From the NCBI GenBank assembly GCA_029288775.1, contig JARIGQ010000010.1:1-49479 (forward strand): a DNA stretch of 49,479 bases, written 5' to 3'. Source of the DNA: Candidatus Nomurabacteria bacterium. GTDB lineage: Bacteria > Patescibacteriota > Minisyncoccia > Phycocordibacterales > UBA5272. A model generated the notes under the pieces. The model worked only from the letters and a program-made list of their open reading frames with translations, had not been told where the DNA came from and did not search any database. Both the position numbers and the translations under genes were made by a program. Of this stretch, positions 8,990 to 18,900 are shown in pieces. Each line of letters starts with the position of its first letter. Position 1 is the stretch's first letter.

Positions 8990-9673
8990 ATGGATTCACA
9001 TCCTAACGCAATCGATTCTGGCCTGATGGAAGTTGTTCCTTCAATTAGAGTACACAGAGAATCGTATGGAAAAAAGCCCGAGGGTATACGAGATCAGTTT
9101 GCAAAGTCAGTCGTACACGGACTCGCTGGCGTTATGGATTTCTTCTTTCAAGAACGATACTGCCACCGTGCAGTAGTGCTCGAGACAATAGCCGCAGTTC
9201 CCGGCATGGTAGGTGGCTTACTTCAACATCTTACCTCCCTTCGCTTCATTCGCTCTGATCGCGGATGGATCAAGACCCTTTTGGAGGAAGCTGAGAATGA
9301 GCGCATGCATTTGCTCATTTACAGCGAAATCTCGCAACCTACAGCTTTCGAACGTATTGCCATCATGGTAGTACAGTTTTTCTTCTATCATTTGTATTTT
9401 CTGCTTTACCTCATCTCACCCGCAACCGCGCATCGCGTTGTCGGGTATTTTGAGGAAGAAGCAGTACATAGTTACGAACATTATTTGAAGCTTGTAGAAG
9501 AAGGCGTACACGAAAATGTTTCCGCTCCGACGAGCGCAATCACTTACTGGGGTCTTCCAACTAACGCGCGATTAAGCGATGTGATTAAAGCAACTATTAA
9601 GGACGAAATGCTACACCGAGACGTCAATCACACCTTTGCAAATGATCCTGTAGGTACCAAAATCTGGTCGTAA
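8990..9673 (+). CDS. aox: Alternative oxidase (ubiquinol oxidase, diiron)
   Basis: LETIAAVPGMVGG, EAENERMHL, GYFEEEAVHSY, DEMLHRDVNH. Confidence 0.95.
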   Translation: MDSHPNAIDSGLMEVVPSIRVHRESYGKKPEGIRDQFAKSVVHGLAGVMDFFFQERYCHRAVVLETIAAVPGMVGGLLQHLTSLRFIRSDRGWIKTLLEEAENERMHLLIYSEISQPTAFERIAIMVVQFFFYHLYFLLYLISPATAHRVVGYFEEEAVHSYEHYLKLVEEGVHENVSAPTSAITYWGLPTNARLSDVIKATIKDEMLHRDVNHTFANDPVGTKIWS

Positions 9674-9692
9674 TAAAACAAAAAACGTATCT

Positions 9693-10712
9693 CTACCAGA
9701 ACATCTGGTTAACGATAATAGAAAGCAAGATAATAACGAGTACAGACATACCGTATACCGCATGTTTCCAATGTCTACGTTCTATCTCCACAGCAAGCAT
9801 GACAATAAGCGCAACAAACACAATTCCAAATAGGCCCTTAAGCAATATATCGACATAATAACTGCTTCCAAAAAGTGCATTCTCAAGCCACGTAGAATAG
9901 CGTCTATAAGGAGTAGCTTTTTCAAAAGGAAGAGCTGCTGCGTTGTTATTTTTCACTATTGCATATTTTGGACTAACCAGGAGGGTGGTGAAAAAAGATA
10001 GTGACGTTGTTGTCGCCGAAGAAGTTGCTACTTGGGTAACACCCTTAATTTCCGCAGGATTACCGGTGATTTTTGTAGAAGACGCAAGCACTGCCTTTTC
10101 TTCCTTTTGAGGTAAAGGCGTTTCCTCTACAGAAGAAGTTTTAGTGGTCGCTGGCGTTCCGAATAATTGCACCACATAAATGGTGGGCTCATTTTGATAC
10201 ATGCCGCTTATGGTTGCCATCCCTATTTCCCTAAAACGCTTATCCAAAAGGTTTGCTCTATGGGTTGGGGAGGCAAGCCATGCATCGCGTACTTCCGTTG
10301 CATCGGTGAAGTTAATTGCTAAATTCTCTCCCGCATAGAGGAAGTTATATCCAACTTGCTGGAACCAGTGCCATGGAGTGACTCCTGTTGGGCTATTGTG
10401 AGAAAAATAACCGTAAGTTGCCATATCATCACCTTTAAGTGTCGCAGCCTTATCCAGAAGATCATTTCTGGAAAGCGGATTATCCCCCAGAGCTAAACGA
10501 CTCTCATTGGTGAGGTCTACGAGAACATCAGCTGTTACATTTGCACCCAGTACTGTTTTGCGAAGGAAAAAGGAACTACCCGCCGAAACCCCGAGCATAA
10601 AAAAGATAATCAGTATAATGATAAAAATGGAAACCTCGCGAAAAAAGTGAGGTTTATAATCGTTATGCTCGTGCGGTATAAAGAGATGCTTGAGCGCAGT
10701 ACGTATGGTCAC
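9693..10712 (-). CDS. CAP/SCP domain membrane protein
   Basis: LTNESR, YFSHNSPTG, AGENLA, WLASPTHRANLL. Start moved to GTG at 10712 because the longer ORF runs through tRNA-Ala. Confidence 0.9.
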   Translation of the reverse strand: MTIRTALKHLFIPHEHNDYKPHFFREVSIFIIILIIFFMLGVSAGSSFFLRKTVLGANVTADVLVDLTNESRLALGDNPLSRNDLLDKAATLKGDDMATYGYFSHNSPTGVTPWHWFQQVGYNFLYAGENLAINFTDATEVRDAWLASPTHRANLLDKRFREIGMATISGMYQNEPTIYVVQLFGTPATTKTSSVEETPLPQKEEKAVLASSTKITGNPAEIKGVTQVATSSATTTSLSFFTTLLVSPKYAIVKNNNAAALPFEKATPYRRYSTWLENALFGSSYYVDILLKGLFGIVFVALIVMLAVEIERRHWKHAVYGMSVLVIILLSIIVNQMFW

Positions 10713-10772
10713 GTTCTTTAGTATACCAGGCACAGAAAATAGACAGGTAAAAATATCCCAAGTAGTATAGCT

Positions 10773-10822
10773 CCACAAAAAGAAAAAGGGCTGCATTTCT
10801 GCAGCCCTTTTTCTTTTTGTGG
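10773..10822. terminator. 23-bp perfect inverted repeat overlapping the tRNA-Ala 3' end
   Basis: CCACAAAAAGAAAAAGGGCTGCA-tttc-TGCAGCCCTTTTTCTTTTTGTGG. Confidence 0.8.
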
Positions 10823-10892
10823 ACCCTAGGAGATTCGAACTCCTCACCTCTGGAGTGCAAAACCAGTGCTCTACCAAATGAGCTAAGGGCCC
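10820..10892 (-). tRNA. tRNA-Ala (TGC)
   Basis: Acceptor stem GGGCCCT/AGGGTCC with G3.U70, anticodon loop TT-TGC-AC, T loop GTTCGAATC. Confidence 0.95.
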
Positions 10893-11183
10893 AGCCACTG
10901 TCTTTAGAACAGTGATCATAATACTATCATATTCGGTTCTTTTAGAAAAGAGTGTACAGCCAGCGAGCGCCAAGATAAATATAGTAATGACTTGTGCTCT
11001 CCATGCCTGTTTCCGTGTAATCGCCAATACATAACCCCATGATGGGTTTTTTATGCTTGATCGACCTTCGCCATGCCACTGATTTTTCAAATGGTTTAGG
11101 CTACTTCTATTGATTTGTAAGCTAAATTATATCATTAATTTAGCTTGGCACCCATCATATACTATTTCTCTTAGTTTGCGAAG

Positions 11184-12245
11184 CTATTCTGAAACAATAG
11201 CCTTAAAAGGAATTTCAAAGGTCTCCAGAAGGTAGTTCTCTGTTACACCTAAAAGCTTCCTTTGCTCATCACTCATGTTAGATTTTGAAACACCTGGTTG
11301 CACAAGATAATGTTCATCTCAACATCATTATTGTTTGCAATTCTTTTCAACTTATCCAAAATTTTAGCGTCCCCAACCTCAAATCTACTTATTGATTTAC
11401 CTGATTCTTTTAAATTTCCTCGTCTTAAAACTTTTGCAAAAATTTCGATTGGTTTTTCCTTCCAATGCGAACTTCTTTGTGTTTGCCCACACACTTCGTA
11501 TAAATCCTTTAATCTTGCGCCTGGGTTATCTTCTGAAGAGAATTTACAATGATAGAGTTCAATCGAGATTCTATCTTTACCGTCTTTATTTATAGTTTTA
11601 AAGGCAACAACATCAGCAATCTCACCTGCCCCATCGTCATTCATAATAACTTCCATCCCGTCAGTCTTCAATTTTTGTATTACTTTAAATTGAATCGAAT
11701 CTGGATCTTTATCTATACCCTGAGATTCTTTTCTTATTTTTGTTCCTGTCCAATCCCAAACCAAAATCTTATCATTCGTGAATGGAACAATTTCATTATT
11801 CAATGCTATAAAGATGTTTCCAGTCACACAAGAACCATCTTCAAACCAAATAGCTGGGGGATTTTCATTAAAGAATTCTTCCAAAGCAATACTTCTGCCT
11901 TTAGAAATAATCTCGATCTTTTCTCCAGAAATATGTGTAAAGTTATAATCACCATATATCTCTCCTTTTTCGTCAGTTTTTTGTTCAATTTTTAGAGAGA
12001 ATTCAGAAGTATGACCTTCAGAATAAACTTTAAATTTAATTATATCTGTAAGCTCTATCTCACAAGAATGCAATGGAACACTTACATGCACTGAACCAAA
12101 TAAAAGAGAAACATATACCTCTTGCTCTAAATAAAATTCAACAGGCCAATCAATTCTAATTGGCATTTTTTCTGGTCTCTTATCAATGTCTAGAGGCTTC
12201 AGAGCAGTACTGAACACTTCGTCAGGATCAATGGTTTCGTCAAAA
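11184..12245 (-). pseudogene. 5'-truncated, frameshifted C-terminal nuclease-like region of a large restriction/defence-type helicase
   Basis: DDGAGEIADV...LYHCKFS...DLYEVCGQ motifs. A frameshift near 11305 restores LVQPGVSKS...LLETFEIPFKAIVSE* ending at 11184; no N-terminal helicase domain. Confidence 0.65.
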
Positions 12246-12519
12246 GAAAGAAAGAATTATGGATTTGTATAGTGAAGCAGAATTAGATAAAGCTACGTAC
12301 CTTCAAAGAAACTTAGAAATGGAAGAAATAATAAAGCAACTAAGTGGCGAAAAACAGGAAATGAGTAAAACTCTTTTTATACTGGATAACCAACCAATAA
12401 TAGAAAATAGCATTGAAGAATATTCCAAGAAGACAAAAGCAAATTACAGAAAATGTGCAGATTTTCTTTCTAAGAGAAAATTTATAATGGAAGCGTGTCC
12501 GAAAAATAATACACGATGA
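12245..12519 (+). pseudogene. Probable remnant of the coiled-coil C-terminal region of a large serine recombinase
   Basis: KKERIMDLYSEAELDKATYLQRNLEMEEIIKQL resembles the RLLDLY..G.I....Y segment of LSRs; no catalytic domain. Confidence 0.5.
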
Positions 12520-12655
12520 ACAAGATAACATTTTTCTACATGGATTGATACCTATTGAAACTGAAAACTACAAAAGCACCTTAGAATTCAAAATTAAGAA
12601 AATTATTACGAGACAAAATAGGTGGTCAAAGAGATTAATTAATAGTGCAATCTCT

Positions 12656-12982
12656 TTAATTGTTCCTGTCGAATGCCCTAAGCAAAGTTCCAGCATTCGA
12701 TTTCGTTAAGTTATCTTTTGCACCTTGATGAAGTTCTCTAAGCATATTTATATAAACTAGATCTTTTGTTTTTAAATATAAATATCTTAATATCCAAAAT
12801 TTTTGCCACTCAGAGACATCTTTACTAACTAGTCTAACTAGATCTTCTTTAGTAAAATTTACTTCTTTCTTACTTATTTCATCAAAAAGCTTATTAGCAG
12901 ATTCAATATTTGAAAAAAATAACGAGTGATGCTTATCAATATCCTCTAAATAATTATCTGTACTATATTCTTTATTTTTCAT
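12656..12982 (-). CDS. Probable immunity protein for the RHS toxin
   Basis: 108 aa, AT-rich, starts 3 nt after the toxin stop. Confidence 0.7.
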   Translation of the reverse strand: MKNKEYSTDNYLEDIDKHHSLFFSNIESANKLFDEISKKEVNFTKEDLVRLVSKDVSEWQKFWILRYLYLKTKDLVYINMLRELHQGAKDNLTKSNAGTLLRAFDRNN

Positions 12983-12985
12983 AAA

Positions 12986-15900
12986 TTAATAATCTAGTAA
13001 TTCCTTTAATATTCTTCGACCCTCATCAACATGGGTCTCAAGATCAAATTGTTCAAGATAATTTCTGTATTGACTAAATGTCTGCCCAGTAACTGGATCA
13101 GTAAATCTACTAGAATAGAACCTAGATACTTCTTTATGTTCTCCTACAGAAAGAGGAATTACGTTATCAGTACTCTGAATAAAATCATTTCCAAATTTTG
13201 TTGCATTCCTCTGTTCGACATTATGATGAAACTGAATTCCTTCTGGAACATTAAATTCTTTTCGTGCAGCAGCTTTAAGGGCATCAAACGAAGAAAATGA
13301 CTTGCTCCCCATCTGCTCTGCAAGAGATACTCCTGTTTGAATAGCTGGCTTGCTTTCACTTGCGATCTGTGCCCCTTTGCTTGCTATATTTGCGGTACTT
13401 CCAACAGCAGGAATTATAGGAATTGCTCCAGCATAATTGATCACTTTGGATACCGGATTTGTTGCTTGATTACCTTGTTGAATTGCATTTGCAGATATTG
13501 ACACTACTGCCGGCAACTGAGGTAGTATAGCATTTATTACTTGAGTAATTGTTGGTAAAGCAGCTAGAATCGCTGCGCCTATCGTAATTGCCGCTTCTGC
13601 ACAAACAACAACTAAAGGACCAATACATTTTCCAGTAGGATCATTATATATTGCTGGATTATTCCTTGCATAGGCGTAACTATTCATCTGCTGTGGATCA
13701 AGTAGATAACTCTGCGGTAATTTATATAACATTGGATCCACAGAAATGAAGGAATGGGCTTTAGTGTCCAAATACCTCGCATGGAAATAGTTCAGCCCCG
13801 TAACGTCATCAAAGTCTTGATTCGTGAATCCTCGTGTATGTTCCGCATTATCTTTCCTCACATCCCTCTGTACATAGTTTCCAAACACATCGGCCATATC
13901 CATTTCTACTATGTCTCCGTGTTCATCTGTAGTAATAACAGGAGTGCCAAGATAGTTCGTAAGAAGGTAAGTTACTTTACCTGTACTTGCTTCATTGCCC
14001 TTTTGGTATGTATACGTACCGACTAGATTACCATTTAGAGTTAGATATGTAGTCACGGTTCCACGGCTGTCATCTTGATATGAACTGAATGGAGTATATA
14101 CGGTGTACTGAGTGGTAGTTGCAACAGTCAAGGTATTGATAGTTGATGTAGCCAAACTGGATGTCGCATATGGATAAGATACTGCAGGGAGAATGTTCTG
14201 CGTGCTTGTAGAATACAAATAACTATCATCTGGGGTATACCCTGCGTAGGATTCCTGTCGTGAAGACCCTGTGGTTGCAAATGGGTATGCTAAACCACTT
14301 CCACTGTTGTATAGGTTAGCAATCTCCGCGGAAGAAAGCGCGCGAGACCAAACACCAAGTTCATCTATAGCTCCATGGAAGAAGTCGTAGTCTGCAGATC
14401 CTTGACTACCAATAGCAACTCTTGCTGATGTTCCTGAACCAAGGTTTACACTAGAAGCTGTTCCACTCTGAACTCCGTCTATGTAAAAAGTAAGGTTTCC
14501 GTTTGACGAATTAGAAAGTGTAACCGCCACATGATGCCATCCGTTACTCCCTACGGCCGATGTAGAGTTGTATTGAGTACCTGTGTAGAAAGCAAGCTTT
14601 GCTGCACTGTTTTCTACATAGAACTGATACTGCATTGTTCCTCCAACGTCTCGTTTATCTAGAATGGCTTCCTGGTACAGACTGTTGGTATTTATATATA
14701 CCCAGCCAGCAATTGTCATTCCTCCACCTGCAAGATTAAGACCGGTTCCTAAAGCAACAGTACTGTTTGTCCCGTTAAATCCAGCCCCGTTGTTTAGCTT
14801 TCCATTTCCTGAAGAATACGTAATATTAGTATCTGATCCGTTTGTAGAACCGGCTGCATCGTTGGAATTGCCATCCAATTTGTAATACGCAACCATACCT
14901 GTGTTTCCAACAAGATAAGTACTAGGTGTGGAATTCAGGATAAATGCCCCAGCTTCTGGAGAAAACATCATTGATAATTCAATAGGAGGAGTATTTGTCA
15001 GATCAATTGAAGTTGTTGCAGTTGTGGTCGCATAGGAAGGTATAGTGGACCTATCAAATGGAATAAATTGAGTGGTAGTTGCGTACGTAATACTTTGATT
15101 AGAAATATACCTATTAAACGTGAGGACAGGATTTAAGGCTTGGAAAACTTGGGTTGATGTTCCATTTGCGTCTGGTGTTAAAACAAACGCTGAAGTTGTG
15201 GCTGTAATAAAGTCTTTGTAGTACGAACTAAGGTCAAAACTAAATGTTGAAGTACCTGATTTTTGACCAATTACAGTTGTAGAAGAAGATACCGAAGTAA
15301 ATTGAGGTGTAGATGTAGCCCCTGTAGTAGATGCGACTTGAGTCCAGTAAGTAAAGTTTAGTTTTATTGAACTTGTAGCCACTGTCGAAGTAGAGAGATC
15401 GTACTTAAAGGTAGCTGTATCTATGGACGTGTTTAAATCTGGTAACCCTATACGGCACATTGTTGTAGTAGCCCCGTTTGTTCCAAATGAACAAATATTA
15501 CCTACTGAAGTAGTAGTTGTCCCAGAAGCAGTTGAGGTGCTATATGAAGTGAGCGCTCGGGAAGTATCAAGAGGGAGTATGATCGTCTGATTCGATGAAG
15601 ATGTTGCCGCGTTGGCAAGCGACATTGGAATAATTGAAAGATCCCCATTATTTACTCTGTACAACTCTTCTAGGGCGGCGTCAGATAGAATAAATCCAGA
15701 TAACGCGCTCACAGAGTCTTTTACTTTTGTCTTTTGTGCAGTAATAACACAGCTACTTGTTGCTGCCTGACCCGGGCATGAACTTGTTGCAAACGGAAGA
15801 GCATAAGCAAAGACTGTTTTTACATCTGAATTAATCCGAACCGGTGTTTTAAGCAGTTCGTTATAGGTATCCTGGCTAATGCCAAGTGTTGTAGAGGCTA

Positions 15901-18900
15901 ATGCAAATCCTGACGTAGCATAGGTCAGATTAAACTGCTCATCTGACAGCAATCCTGCAGGAACCAAATCAAGGTGTGTTACTGGAGCAACCAGGGTAGA
16001 TGTTGCAATATACACCCTTATGGTAGTAGTAGCGCTGTAAGGGAAAAGAGAAGTTAGATACCGAACAATCACCACACCAGAACTACCATCCCCTCCTGCT
16101 GTTCCTGCACAGTGGCACCCATTATCGTTACTTCCACCTCCTCCACCTCCACCTCTATTGGCCGCACCAGAAGATCCAGGAGAGTTAACAAATGCAGTGG
16201 CACCATTTCCGCCCCCATCAACACCACTACCAGCAGTTGAACCCTGTGAGTCACCACCACCCCCTCCACCTCCACCATATCCTAGAGAAGTTCCTGTAAT
16301 AGAAGAAGAAGTGCCAGTTCCACCATTACCCGATGTAGAACCTGTACCATTTACTCCGTTTGCAAAATCTCCTGCACCTCCACCCGATGGGTAATACCCA
16401 GAAAGAATACCAGTTCCTCCTGTTTTACCGCTTCCAGAGTCACCACCGTTTAGATTTGTAGGACGAGGAGCACCTTTACCTCCTTTAGAAACTAATCCTG
16501 CAAAGGTTGTAGTAGCTCCATTGCCCCCCGAAACTGTAGCCCCTGCATCTCCCCCTGTTCCTCCCGCACCTATAGTTACGGAGTAAGTTCCAGCTGTAAA
16601 TGCAACCGTAGAACTTGAAATTACTTGCCCACCTCCACCTCCACCACCTTGTGAACCTCCTCCACCTCCACCACCTCCTACGGCAAGTACTTCAGCATTG
16701 AAACTTGCCCCAGATGGAACAGTAAACGTTCCTGATGAATTAAACGTATGCACTGTGTAAGAACCAGAAGTGCTAGTGGCGCCTCCTGAGGGTGAGTCCG
16801 CGTATGCAACTTGATCAACCCAGAACCCTGGTATTGTGGTGGTTGATGTGTAATATGCAGTAGATGTTGCCAACGTCTGAGGTAAATTAGATCTTGAAAA
16901 GACAGGATAAGGAGTAGATGTAGAGGAGACTATTGCGGGCAATACTGCACTTGAGGTAGCTACATAATATGTAGTAGTAGTTGCATGATAAGTAGTAGTG
17001 TAGTATCCAGGTGTAATAGTATCAGCAAGATCGTGATTAAACTGAATACTAATTACCTCAATTTCAGAACTACCATAACTTCCTATCGTGTATGTGGTAC
17101 TACCTACACTTGTTGCAGTGTGATACCAAATATTGCTAATTGAAGTAGCAGTTAAAGGAGATGAAGCGGTTCCCGTGTTAGAGGTAACAAATACTTTATT
17201 ATTTTTATCTTGAATATTTTCACTAACACTGAGACTAGAAAACTGATTGGAGTTTCCCGCTCCACCTTGAACATCGTAGTAATAATTAGAAGTATTTAAA
17301 CCTTTAAGTGAAATCCATTTGTAATGGTCTGTTGCATTTCCACAATATGTGCCACAATTACTTGTAACAGAAACTGAATTAGAGGTAGTAGTAGCGATAC
17401 CATAGAGACGTAAATCAGTATTGGTACTTGGTGCAACTTGTCGAGCAAGCTGAGTCATAGCAACTCCATTAAAGCTTGGAGTGTCACAGTAAGAAGCACA
17501 AGAAGCTATTACATATTGCGACCCACTGCCGGGGGCAAAAGTAGTTCCACCAAGCTGAGAATTTACTATAGATACAGTGGTACTTGCCGTAGAAGTTGCA
17601 GTGTAATCTGTTGAATAATATCCAGGAGAAAGCTGAATAACCCAAGCTCCATTTGTAGAAGTTGCCTGATAATATCCATTTATTGTTGTAGTTGCTGTTG
17701 ATGAAGCAAAGGAAATATTAGGTAAAGTGAGAATGCCTTTATGGACCATCCAAAATTCCTCAGTAGCAGCCTGACTTGGTGTAAATCCACTTAAGTTGGT
17801 AACTATTTCCCTAAATGCAGCTTTACGAAGGGTCTTGTCACATTCAGTAGTTGAAGCAGCAGAAGCGCACTGTGTTGTTGAAGTAGCCATGAAAACTTTA
17901 GTAATCTGATATGCATCCTTGAGGGTAGTAGAAGCAAATTCTCGATAGGACTCTGGAGAGATAAAGACAAGCGGTGACGTAGTTCCTGTACTTATGTCAA
18001 AAGAACTATCATGATTTTCACCGAAGTAAGCTGCGATTGTGTTTTGAATCCCAGCGGTAAAACTTGTAGTAGTAGCATTTGTTATTCCTGAAACTAATGT
18101 AGTAGAAGCTAGAGTCAAGCGTGGAGTATCAGCGTACGCCTTGAGAGTAACAGCAACTGCCTCCCATGGATACGTTGTGGATCCCCATTGAGCGTCGTTC
18201 ATTATGAGAATTTTAAGAGGAGAAGTACTACTTGCCTGTTGAGTAAGTATTGTAGGAGTGACGTTTGTGTCGATACGAATACCATCAGAACTTAAGTTTT
18301 GTATATAATAACTGTTAAAAATGTATGGTAAATCAGTCGAATAATTGTGACTATCCGTCCCAATTGTTGTATTTGTTGAGGGCCCCATCAATAATGAGCT
18401 TTCCGTAGGGCTCGGACTATTCTTGATTGAAAGAATATAATTTACTGTAGTTGATGTAGAAACTGTAAGACTAAATGGGGAAGTTCCAATTACACAACGT
18501 GAAGGGGAAGGAATACTTGCAACATATCCTCCATTACAAGCTGTAGTCCACTGTAATGTGAATTGACTATTTACTGTTCTATAACTATTAATGATCAGGT
18601 GATTAGATAGATCGTACACTGCATTTTGCGTATAGTCTCCTATATTATTTGGGATACTTGCTGCACCAATTACGACTAAATAGAGTTCCTTTAAGGTACT
18701 CCAACTGAGAGTTATTCCTTTATCATTCTTGGCAAAGGACTGAAGAGAAACCATGTACTCAGTAGAAGAAGCATATTTGATTCCCAACAAATCATCGATT
18801 TGAGATTGATAGCTTTCAACTGTTGTTTGAGTAATACCAGCTGCTTGGAGCTCAGTAAAAGCAGTAGACGTGATGTAATATGGGATTGTGTTAAAGTATT

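Noticed and set aside
10713-11090. N-terminal extension of the 465-aa CAP ORF
   Set aside because: It reads through tRNA-Ala and its hairpin; the real start is probably near 10712.
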